DNA of 64,000 bases. Origin: an uncultured Gammaproteobacteria bacterium. GTDB lineage: Bacteria > Pseudomonadota > Gammaproteobacteria > Steroidobacterales > Rariloculaceae. The notes under the pieces were generated by a model. It was not told the origin of the DNA. It saw only the letters and a program-made list of their open reading frames with translations, and made no database searches. The position numbers were made by a program, and so were the translations under genes. Location: positions 2,930,666 to 2,994,665 of the forward strand of contig CAWAJM010000001.1 in assembly GCA_963782445.1 (NCBI GenBank). The letters are read 5' to 3'. Below are positions 9,381 through 17,659 of the stretch, piece by piece; position 1 is the first letter of the stretch; every line of letters starts with the position of its first letter.

Positions 9381-10397
9381 CTACCGGGTCAGTGCGTCGG
9401 ACAGCGGCGGCTCGGGCCGCTCGTGGCCTGCGAGACCCGGACGATCCCTTCGTCCCAGCCTCGCATCGATGATGTCCGCGACCCTGTAGTCCTTGAGGTC
9501 CTTGGCATGTGTGAAGATGATGAGCTCGCCGAGCAGCCCGAGCGCGAATAGCTGCACGCCGAGCACGACGAACAGGCATGCGAGCAGCAGCGCGGGCCGG
9601 TCCGCCAGGGGCCGTGCGAATGCGAGCCGCTGCACGAGCAACGCGACCACGACCAGCGCGCCGACGCCGAAGGTCGCGCTGCCGATCATGCCGAAGAAGC
9701 GCAGCGGCTTCTTGGTGAAGCGCACGAGAAAGAATATCGTGAGCACGTCCAGGAAGCGGTGCACGTACTCGCGCAGTCGATAGCGGCCCCTGAAGTCGTC
9801 GCGCTGCGACTGGCTCAGATCGACCTCCCGGACGCGGAAGCCCTGCTTCGCGGCCAGGACCGGCAGCAGTCGATGCTGCTCGCCATAGATCGTAATCTCC
9901 TCGGCGACGCGCCGGTTCAGGACCCGCGCGCCGCAGCCGAGGTCGTTGAACGATTCGCCGGTGATGAGCCTGAGCAGGCGGTGAAAGCCCCGCCGGCGGA
10001 GGCCGTCCAGCCCCTTGACGCGGCGCGGCCACCGGCGGGCAATGACGAGATCCGCGTCGTCGCAGGCCCTCAGCAGCTTCGGAATTTCGACGGCGTCGAT
10101 CTGAAAATACGCCGGCAGCGTCATGAGCCGCGCCCCGCTCGAGTTCGCAAAACCCACCATGAGCGCGGTCGCTTCGCCGAAGCTTTTGCCGAGTTGTACG
10201 ATCTTGATGGGCTCGCCCGAGTCCCGCAGGATCATGAGCTCGCGCCTCGCTTCGGCCCGCCCCCCGTCGAGCACATACAGGATCTCGTAGCTGACGCCGC
10301 AACCATCGAGGCCCTGTCGATAATCGGCGTGCAGAGCCGCAACATCGTCGACTCGGTCGCCGACCGGCACCACGACGGACAGTTCGACTTGTTTCAT
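9381..10397 (-). CDS. GT2-family (GtrB/DPM1-like) membrane glycosyltransferase paralogue with degenerate DXD motifs
   Basis: Start taken at ATG 10397 (MKQVELSVVVPV), which overlaps the upstream stop as ATGA. The longer track ORF (to 10646) overlaps the upstream gene. The protein has a GT-A fold plus two C-terminal TM helices. The usual DDGS and DxDxQ positions read LDGG and LPAYFQID. Confidence 0.75.
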   Translation of the reverse strand: MKQVELSVVVPVGDRVDDVAALHADYRQGLDGCGVSYEILYVLDGGRAEARRELMILRDSGEPIKIVQLGKSFGEATALMVGFANSSGARLMTLPAYFQIDAVEIPKLLRACDDADLVIARRWPRRVKGLDGLRRRGFHRLLRLITGESFNDLGCGARVLNRRVAEEITIYGEQHRLLPVLAAKQGFRVREVDLSQSQRDDFRGRYRLREYVHRFLDVLTIFFLVRFTKKPLRFFGMIGSATFGVGALVVVALLVQRLAFARPLADRPALLLACLFVVLGVQLFALGLLGELIIFTHAKDLKDYRVADIIDARLGRRDRPGLAGHERPEPPLSDALTR

Positions 10398-11386
10398 CGC
10401 TGTGTTCGTCCTCGTCCTTGCAGCGCGCCGCCGGCGCTCAGCCGTTCCGAATCGCGCAAAACATATTCCGCGGTCAACATCGAAAGCCGTTGATCGCGCA
10501 GGTCGCCCGTCCGGTAGACCAATTCGGCGATCATCCCCGTCATTAGCAAGAAAAGCGCCAACGCGCCGAGCAGCACGCCCACACCGGCCAGAACCGTCGA
10601 AAATCCGCCGCCGACCAGGACGCTGTACAGACAACCGGCCAGGCATGCGGAGCCGACCGCGAGCGCCGGCACGGCCGGCACGAGGAACCAGGCCAGCGGC
10701 CGTGACGCAAAGCCGATGATTGTCTTAACGGCGAGCAGATCCAGCAGCACCTTGTAAACTCTGGAAAGGCCGTACTTCGATTCGCCGAAGCGGCGGGCGT
10801 GATGGCGGACCTTGATCTCGGCGAGTCGCGGGCCCGCCAACGACGCCATTGCCGGAATGAACCGGTGCATTTCCGAGTACAGAGGGATGTTCTTGATGAC
10901 CTCGGCCCGGTAGGCCTTGAGCGAGCAGCCGTTGTCCTTGATCGGCACACCCGTTACCTTGCCGATCAGTCGATTGGCGATCCGCGACGGGATCTTGCGG
11001 CTGACCAGCTTGTCCTTGCGCTCGTGGCGCCATCCCACGACGATGTCGAATCCCTGCTTGAGCTTGTCCAGGAACAGCGGAATGTCGCGCGGGTCGTTCT
11101 GCAGATCCCCGTCCATCGTCACGAGCACCCTGCCCCGCGCGTGCTCGATCCCGGCGGCCATGGCCGCCGTCTGGCCGGAGTTGCGCCGCAACCTAAGCAC
11201 CTTGATCTCTGGGAAACGCGCCGGCAGCTCGGCGGCAATTCCAAACGTGTCGTCGGCGCTGCCGTCGTCGACGAGCAGCACTTCGAACTCGAGCTGGAGC
11301 GGCGCGACGGCGGCCATGATCGCCTCCGCGAGCGGCACGACGTTCTCGCGCTCGTTATAGAGCGGAACGACTATCGACAGTTCCAT
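10394..11386 (-). CDS. Polyprenol-phosphate glycosyltransferase (GT2, GtrB/ArnC/DPM1-like)
   Basis: 330 aa with MELSIVVPLYNERENV, VDDGSADDT, TMDGDLQNDP, VVGWRHERKD and two C-terminal TM helices. This is the canonical signature of polyprenyl-phosphate sugar synthases. Confidence 0.85.
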   Translation of the reverse strand: MELSIVVPLYNERENVVPLAEAIMAAVAPLQLEFEVLLVDDGSADDTFGIAAELPARFPEIKVLRLRRNSGQTAAMAAGIEHARGRVLVTMDGDLQNDPRDIPLFLDKLKQGFDIVVGWRHERKDKLVSRKIPSRIANRLIGKVTGVPIKDNGCSLKAYRAEVIKNIPLYSEMHRFIPAMASLAGPRLAEIKVRHHARRFGESKYGLSRVYKVLLDLLAVKTIIGFASRPLAWFLVPAVPALAVGSACLAGCLYSVLVGGGFSTVLAGVGVLLGALALFLLMTGMIAELVYRTGDLRDQRLSMLTAEYVLRDSERLSAGGALQGRGRTQR

Positions 11387-12555
11387 GCCGTACCCGCGCC
11401 GACGCTGGCCTCGGCGGCGACCGCCTCGAACACCGCCTCATACCGCGCTGCGCAGCGGTCGATGAAGAATGCCCGCGCCCGCTCGCGGTTCGCGCGGCCG
11501 ATCGCCCGCCGCCGCGCGTCGTTCGTTATCAACGACTCGCAGCGACGCACGAAGCCGTCAAGGTCGTTGAGCGGGACGAGATGCCCCGTGACGCCATCTT
11601 CGAGGTAATCCGTGTGGCCGCCCCGGTCGTAGCTCACGACGGGCAGTCCCTGACTCATTGCCTCGAGGAACACGAGTCCGAAGCCCTCGTGCTGGCTCGA
11701 CGAGACATACAGGTCGGCGGCGGCCAGCACCTCGAACTTCGACGCCTCCGGAACGAGTCCGAGAAAGCGTACGCGACGCTCGAGCCCGAGACGCCGCGCC
11801 TTAGCCCGCAGCTGCGGCACGAGCGGCCCCGAACCGACGAGCAACAGATGCACGCGCCCGTCGCGCAGCCGCGTCATCGCCTCGAGCAACTGATCGACGG
11901 CCTTGCGCTTGACGAGTCTGCCGACGGTGACGAGCACGACATCCTCCGGGCCGAACCCAAAACGCTCGCGCGCCCCGACAGGCTCCGGCGGTGTCGCAAT
12001 GCCGAGCGGAATCACATGGGCCGAGACCTCGGGGGCGAAATAGCGGTGCAGATTGGCCTCGGTGTCCTTTGATTGGGCGACCACCGCGTCGGCGCGCAGG
12101 GCGAGGTAACGCACCGCCGCGCGCAGCCCGGCATGTCGATGCGCAGACGAAGCCTTGCTCGGGTCGTAGAGGTCGCCGCCGTGGACCGACAGCACGTTCG
12201 GGATCCGCGCCGCGCGCGCGACGAAGTGGCCGACGGGCCCGCTCGGCAGCGCGAAGTGCGTATTGACGACATCGAACGTCGTGTCCCTCACGAGCCGCCG
12301 CCCGCGACGCGTGCCGTTCAACATGTAGGCGAACATCGAGGGGAAATTCGCGGCCGTAAGCCGCCGCCGGAACAGCACGGGCGCGCGCACGACCTCGACG
12401 CCGTTCTCGACGCTCTCGGACGGAAGCCCGAGCGCTCGCGACGTGAGCACGGTCACTTCATGCCGGCGCGCGAGCTCTTCGGCGAGTGCGGCATTGACGA
12501 CCCCGCCGCCGCCCCCGAGCGGCGGATATTCGTAATTGCAGAACAGGATTCGCAT
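11371..12555 (-). CDS. Glycosyltransferase family 4 (GT-B)
   Basis: 394 aa. MRILFCNYEYPPLGGGGGV N-terminus and an EX7E-type C-terminal region (SSQHEGFGLVFLEAMSQGLPVV). Confidence 0.85.
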   Translation of the reverse strand: MRILFCNYEYPPLGGGGGVVNAALAEELARRHEVTVLTSRALGLPSESVENGVEVVRAPVLFRRRLTAANFPSMFAYMLNGTRRGRRLVRDTTFDVVNTHFALPSGPVGHFVARAARIPNVLSVHGGDLYDPSKASSAHRHAGLRAAVRYLALRADAVVAQSKDTEANLHRYFAPEVSAHVIPLGIATPPEPVGARERFGFGPEDVVLVTVGRLVKRKAVDQLLEAMTRLRDGRVHLLLVGSGPLVPQLRAKARRLGLERRVRFLGLVPEASKFEVLAAADLYVSSSQHEGFGLVFLEAMSQGLPVVSYDRGGHTDYLEDGVTGHLVPLNDLDGFVRRCESLITNDARRRAIGRANRERARAFFIDRCAARYEAVFEAVAAEASVGAGTAWNCR

Positions 12556-12633
12556 TCAGCCGCGCCTCCGTCGCCTCGTTCGCATTCTTGTGCCTCTCCA
12601 TCCTGAACGGGCAGATCGATCCGACCTGGTGGT

Positions 12634-12650
12634 ATACAGAATGCGTGCCA
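12634..12650 (-). promoter_or_regulatory. Sigma-54-type promoter candidate TGGCACGCATTCTGTAT (minus strand) upstream of the GT4-GT2-GT2-kinase-like operon
   Basis: Perfect -24 TGGCAC with correct spacing to the -12 element. The -12 reads TGT instead of TGC. It lies about 80 nt upstream of ATG 12555. Confidence 0.4.
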
Positions 12651-13160
12651 ATCCCCCGGCCCCAGCGCATGCTCGTTCGACATTCAGGAAGTCGTCGATT
12701 GCGGGCACGCCCTCGTTGCGAGCTTCATCGACCCGCGCAGCAAGAGTTGGAAGCCGAGTTGAAAACTTTGGAAGGCGTGCACGCACGCCTTGGGTGTAGT
12801 CTTGAGCGGTGTCCGACCGCGGTCGGAGCGCGGCCCGGGCCCTCGCGGTTTGCTAACGCTTCGGAGACCTTCTCATGCCCACTCAATTCCCTGATACCAA
12901 GAGGGCGTTCGTGACTGCCGCGGAAGCGGGCGCAGCCGCGCAACGCGCCGAGACGGTATCCAGCGAACCGCGCCCGGCCGCGGCCGCAGCTTCCAGCGCC
13001 GCCAACCGTCCCTCCGACGCGGCCGCGCCCGCAACGACGCGCTCGTCACGGCTCGCTGCAAAACTGGAACCGTTCGATTCCTACTGGCAGGCCCCGCGCG
13101 ACGTTCGAGAAGGGCTATCGCTCGTTTCGGGCCTACTACGAACACAACTATCTGCCGCAT

Positions 13161-13775
13161 ATGCCGAGCGAGAAGAATGCCAAGATCCTCGTCGTGAGCT
13201 GCGGTCCCGGCTACCTCGTACATACCCTGCGCGCCGCAGGCTACGCAAACGTCACGGGCATCGACTCCGACGAGACCAAGATCGCCCACGCGCTTCGCCA
13301 CGGCCTTTCGTGCGAGACGGCGCGCGCCTTCGAATACTTGTCGGACCGGGCCGATACATTCGACGCAATCGTCCCGGAGCAGGAACTCAATCACCTGACG
13401 CTGGACGAGCAGATCGAATTTCTGCGGGCCTGCCGCAGAGCGCTGCGCAACGGCGGTCTGCTGCTCGTTTACGGTCTCAACGGGGCCAACCCGCTCGTCG
13501 CGTCCGAAAACCTCGCGCACAACATCGACCACTTCAACACGTTCACGGAATACAGCCTCGGCCAAGTGCTCGCTCTTGCCGGGTTCGCGGATGTGACGCC
13601 GCGCCCGCTCGCGCTCTACGTCTTCTGGAAGAACCCGCTCAACTACGTCGGCCTCGCGTTCACTTGGCTCGCCGAGCTGTTCTTCCGGGTCTCGTACAAG
13701 CTCTACGGTAAAGACGTTAAGATCCTCACGAAGAAGCTCGCGGCCACGGCCTACCGGCGCGACGCACCGGCGTAG
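13161..13775 (+). CDS. Class I SAM-dependent methyltransferase (probably the 3' frame of a frameshifted gene that starts at 12875)
   Basis: 204 aa with SAM motif I (ILVVSCGPGYLVHTL), an acidic loop (GIDSD) and post-I/II motifs. The conserved N-terminal stretch continues upstream in another frame (see finding). Confidence 0.8.
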   Translation: MPSEKNAKILVVSCGPGYLVHTLRAAGYANVTGIDSDETKIAHALRHGLSCETARAFEYLSDRADTFDAIVPEQELNHLTLDEQIEFLRACRRALRNGGLLLVYGLNGANPLVASENLAHNIDHFNTFTEYSLGQVLALAGFADVTPRPLALYVFWKNPLNYVGLAFTWLAELFFRVSYKLYGKDVKILTKKLAATAYRRDAPA

Positions 13776-13944
13776 CGTCGGTACGCCCGGCGGCTCGCTG
13801 CGGGGCATCGGCACGAGAGCGGCAACGACCGCGGCGGGCCGGCGGCCGATGCCTTGGCGGCGGGCTTCCCGAGCCTCCGGCAACTTCCGGGACCCGAACC
13901 CGTTCATGAATCATGCGGCCGACACGGCCGACATGGACGGACGA

Positions 13945-14934
13945 CTAAAGCATCCCGTGCGCCCGATACCACTCGGCCGTGCGGGCGGCTCCGAGTCGAA
14001 ACGGCACGGACGGCGCGTATCCGAGCAGCCGTGCCGCCTTCTCCTGAGAGAACTGGAAGCGCTTAACGAAGAAATCGAGCCGTCGCCGGTGCCAAGGCGG
14101 CGAGACGCCGAACGGCCGGCAAGCGCTTTCGCAGACGACGGCTGCGAGCAGAAACGGCACGAGAGGCAGTCGGATCGCACGCAACGGTTTGCCGAGGGCC
14201 TCGGCCACGTGCTCGATGAAGCGGCGCGTCGGCAGCACCTCGCTGCCGGCGAGAACGATCGTCTCGCCGACCGCCTCCTCGCGCGCCGAAGCGCGCTCGA
14301 GGCCTGCCACGAGATCGTCCACATAGACGGGCTGATGCTCGTTGCGCCCGCCTCCGATGAGCGGCACCACTCCGTCGTTCACGAGCTTGAAGAGCTTGAC
14401 AAGGCGGCCGTCGCCGGGACCGTAGGTTTCCGAGATCCGCACGATCGTGAACGGCAGGCGATCGCCGTAGGACGCCACGACGCGCTCGGCCGCCAGCTTC
14501 GTGATGCCGTAGATATTCTGCGGATCCGGGGTCGATTGCTCGTCGAGCCGGCCGCGCTTGGCGGAGCCGTAGACGCCGATCGTGCTGCCATGCACGAAGC
14601 GCCGCACGTCGGCCGCCGCGGCGGCTTCGAGCAGGTTACGCGTGCCCTCGACGTTCACGGCGTGAAAATAGGCGTCGTCCACGTTGCTCTCGTGCTGAGC
14701 GGCAGCCAGATGGAAGACGGTATCGACGCCCTGCACGAGGCGGGCGAGCAAAGCTCGATCGGCGATGGAGCCGACCTCGACGCCGATACCGGCTTCGGCC
14801 AGCGCCGTGCCCCGCAGCTTCTCGAGCGGCGTGTTCTCGCCGCCGAAGGCGACGACATCGTGGCCGCTCTCGGCCAGCCTCTGCGCAAGTCGCGCGCCGA
14901 TGAATCCGGTCGCGCCGGTAACCAATGCCCTCAT
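13945..14934 (-). CDS. NAD-dependent epimerase/dehydratase (extended SDR)
   Basis: 329 aa. MRALVTGATGFIGARL Rossmann motif and a YxxxK motif (NIYGITKLAAE). Confidence 0.85.
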   Translation of the reverse strand: MRALVTGATGFIGARLAQRLAESGHDVVAFGGENTPLEKLRGTALAEAGIGVEVGSIADRALLARLVQGVDTVFHLAAAQHESNVDDAYFHAVNVEGTRNLLEAAAAADVRRFVHGSTIGVYGSAKRGRLDEQSTPDPQNIYGITKLAAERVVASYGDRLPFTIVRISETYGPGDGRLVKLFKLVNDGVVPLIGGGRNEHQPVYVDDLVAGLERASAREEAVGETIVLAGSEVLPTRRFIEHVAEALGKPLRAIRLPLVPFLLAAVVCESACRPFGVSPPWHRRRLDFFVKRFQFSQEKAARLLGYAPSVPFRLGAARTAEWYRAHGML

Positions 14935-15036
14935 TCTCGTTCTCCCATTCGCGTGCCGGCGCCGCGCCCCGCGTGAGGGCGGAAGCGCTCGGGCACTATT
15001 CCTGGTCGTTGCCGGCCTGACAGGTCGATGCGGCCG

Positions 15037-16773
15037 CTAAGCGCCGACGCCCGCCACGATGCTCGCCGGACCGCCCGTGCCGGTGCCCGCTGCGGGGCGC
15101 TCGACGGTGCCGCCGACCGCAATGCGCTTCTCGACCGCGGCGATCTCCGCCCGGCGCCGTGCCTCGTCCCAGCCGAGCTCGCGGCCGGCAAGCGCGGCAG
15201 CCTCCTCGAGGGCGGCGCTGCCGGGATGGCCGCCGGACGCGAGATCCGTGCGGCGGAACACCACGTCTGCCAGCGTCAGGGCCATCTCCTCGCGGATGGC
15301 GTGCAGCACCTCGGCCTTGAGCGTCGTCGCCCCCGCGAGGCAGCCGGCCGCGTCCCCCTCCGCGAGCGCGAGGACGTCGCGGAACGCCGCGCCGTAGTTG
15401 TGCGCGAGCGCCGCCACGGCGCCCGGCGCGAGATTCAACGGGGCGGCCCGGGCCACGGTGCCGACGAGCCCCTCGAAGGTCTCGAAGTCGCCCCCGTGCA
15501 AAGGGGTGCGGTGCGTCGGGGCGCGCTCGGTCCGCTCGCCGAGCTTGCGGGTCACGAGATCGACGGCCGTCGCCGCATCGGCACGCGCCATCGTATAGCG
15601 CACGCCGATGAGGCTGACGAGATTGTCGAGCCCGTGCTCGGCCCGGTGATCGATCACGTGCGAGTGCTTACCGTAGCGCAGATCCTCGGCACCGGGCTCG
15701 TTGTCCCCGAAGGGCAGCAGCCCCGCGTTCCACATGGTCACGTCGCTCGGCTCGAGGCCGAGCGACGGCAGGGCCTCGTTGATCTCGTCGATGAAACCGG
15801 CGATCTCGCGCTCCCCGACTCTAACGCGGTCCGGCGGTTCGCTCCAGACGCGGTGCCATACGCCGCAAAGCGTGTACTGCCGCCAGGGCGTGAGAAACAG
15901 ATGCCGGGCCGAACGGCTCAGGACGGCGTCGGGGTCGCGCGTGCGCGCCGGCAGGGCCACGCCGTAATCGTGCGCGAAACGGCGGCGCACGAGAAAACAC
16001 GCGTCGCGCGAAAACGGGCCGTTCGAGCGCAGCGGCGTCCCTTCGTGCTCGGCCATGAACCACGGCACCCAAGGCCCGGCGGCGTTGAGCACGGCACGCG
16101 CGCGCACCTCGTAGTGCTCGCCCGAGATCTCGTCGCGGACCTCGGCGCCGACGACGGTCGTGTCCGCGCGCAGCAGGCGCAGCGCAGCCGCATGGTTCAA
16201 GGCGACAGCACCGTTCTCGACGGCCGAGCGCACGAACGCCAGCACGAGGCGCGTGGGGTTGTACATCTGACCGTCGCAGAACACGGCGCCGCCCGTGAGC
16301 GCTTGCCCCGGCATGCCCGGAAACAGCTCGGCGACCGTCCCCGCGTCGAGAAAGCGCGTCAACGGAACGTGACGGCTGCGGTCCCGAATCCGCAAATTTC
16401 TATCTGCCGTCAAGGCATCGTAGGCAAGCATTCCCGCCCCCAGAAACGGCTTGCCGCGGCGCCCGCGTCCGTACGTCGGAATTACGACGGGCACCGGTTC
16501 GACGAGATGCGGTGCAATCCTGAGCAGCGCGCTGCGCTCGTGGCTGCTGCGTCTGAGGCGGCCGAGATCGAGATGCTGCAAATAGCGGATCCCGCCATGC
16601 ACGAATTTATACGAATTCGCGGACGTGCCGGCGCCGAAGTCGAGCCGTTCGACCAGGGCGACCGAAAGTCCGCGCAGCGTCGCGTCCCAGGCGGCGCACG
16701 CGCCGAAGATACCGCCCCCGATCACGAGCAGATCGAAGGCCCTGTCTTCCAATATCCGACTCTCTCTTTGCAT
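15037..16773 (-). CDS. FAD-dependent oxidoreductase, glycerol-3-phosphate dehydrogenase/oxidase-like (GlpD/GlpO family)
   Basis: 578 aa. DLLVIGGGIFGACAAWDATLRGLSVALVE dinucleotide fold followed by GTSANSYKFVHGGIRYL, plus a long C-terminal helical domain. Confidence 0.8.
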   Translation of the reverse strand: MQRESRILEDRAFDLLVIGGGIFGACAAWDATLRGLSVALVERLDFGAGTSANSYKFVHGGIRYLQHLDLGRLRRSSHERSALLRIAPHLVEPVPVVIPTYGRGRRGKPFLGAGMLAYDALTADRNLRIRDRSRHVPLTRFLDAGTVAELFPGMPGQALTGGAVFCDGQMYNPTRLVLAFVRSAVENGAVALNHAAALRLLRADTTVVGAEVRDEISGEHYEVRARAVLNAAGPWVPWFMAEHEGTPLRSNGPFSRDACFLVRRRFAHDYGVALPARTRDPDAVLSRSARHLFLTPWRQYTLCGVWHRVWSEPPDRVRVGEREIAGFIDEINEALPSLGLEPSDVTMWNAGLLPFGDNEPGAEDLRYGKHSHVIDHRAEHGLDNLVSLIGVRYTMARADAATAVDLVTRKLGERTERAPTHRTPLHGGDFETFEGLVGTVARAAPLNLAPGAVAALAHNYGAAFRDVLALAEGDAAGCLAGATTLKAEVLHAIREEMALTLADVVFRRTDLASGGHPGSAALEEAAALAGRELGWDEARRRAEIAAVEKRIAVGGTVERPAAGTGTGGPASIVAGVGA

Positions 16774-16889
16774 CGCAATTTATTCCAAAGGATGGGAAAT
16801 CATTCCATGTTTTTCAAAGCGCTCCCGCACCTATCACACCTCGCAAACGACTCTGCTAAGCTCGAAACGAGTCGAATTCAACGCAGCCG

Positions 16890-17615
16890 ATGAACGGAAA
16901 AGCGCAACTGGATACGAGCATGAAAAGCATTCTTCTTGTTACCGCCGACACCCCCTCTGCAACTGCCGTACCGCTCCGCAGGCGCGCGCGCCACGGCGCC
17001 GGCCCGGCGCTCGCTGCACTCGTCATTCTGGGCGCAGCCTTGGCAGCCGGGCCGGGCACCGCGCTCGCCCAGCGCAAGGCCCGCGCGGCGGCCGCCGCGG
17101 CCAACCCGGCGCCCGCGACCGCCGAGGACGCAGGCGGGTACAAGGTCCAGCCCGGCGACATGCTGCACGTCTCCGTCTGGAAGGAGGACGGGCTGGACCA
17201 GGACGTGCTCGTGCGCCCCGACGGCGGCTTCTCCTTTCCCCTGGCCGGCGATGTCAGCGCCGCGGGCAAGACCGTCGCCGAGCTGCGCCAGGAGATCACG
17301 CAGCGGCTGCAACACTACATCCCCGGCCTCGTCGTGACGGTCGCGGTCAAGGAAATCAACGGCAACAAGGTTTACGTCATCGGCCAAGTCAACAAACCGG
17401 GCAGCTTCGTCATGAACCCGCGGGTCGACGTCATGCAGGCCTTGAGTATCGCCGGCGGTACGACGGCGTTCGCCTCTACGGGCGATATTTTCGTTCTCCG
17501 CCGCCAGAATGGCAGGCAAGTTGCACTGCCGTTCTCGTACAACGACGTTGTGCGGGGGAAGAACCTCCAGCAGAACATCTTGTTGCAGAGCGGCGACGTA
17601 GTGGTCGTGCCCTAG
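16890..17615 (+). CDS. Short polysaccharide export (OPX/Wza-like, EpsE-type) periplasmic protein
   Basis: 241 aa. Signal peptide, Poly_export region (YKVQPGDMLHVSVW..VRPDGGFSFPLAGDVSAAGKTVAELRQEI) and an SLBB-like part (VYVIGQVNKPGSF). There is no C-terminal OM-spanning helix domain. An alternative start is ATG 16920. Confidence 0.85.
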   Translation: MNGKAQLDTSMKSILLVTADTPSATAVPLRRRARHGAGPALAALVILGAALAAGPGTALAQRKARAAAAAANPAPATAEDAGGYKVQPGDMLHVSVWKEDGLDQDVLVRPDGGFSFPLAGDVSAAGKTVAELRQEITQRLQHYIPGLVVTVAVKEINGNKVYVIGQVNKPGSFVMNPRVDVMQALSIAGGTTAFASTGDIFVLRRQNGRQVALPFSYNDVVRGKNLQQNILLQSGDVVVVP

Positions 17616-17659
17616 ACGGGCGCAAGCTCCGCGCCGCGATCGGTTCAGGAACAACAAAA

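Noticed and set aside
12748-12805. Two plus-strand motifs with TTGA at -12 (TGGAAGCCGAGTTGAAA at 12748 and TGGGTGTAGTCTTGAGC at 12791), upstream of the methyltransferase gene.
   Set aside because: Both lack the conserved -12 GC and have weak -24 elements. They cannot be distinguished from chance by eye.
16625-17659. N-terminal extensions of several track ORFs: 16625..19366, 9381..10646, 20792..22912, 22909..24891, 33078..34829, 35830..37146, 40020..41024, 37347 start and 44620 start.
   Set aside because: The extensions overlap upstream genes or sigma-54 promoters and are Arg/Gly-rich. In every case they precede an internal start that begins the recognisable domain, often with a good RBS.
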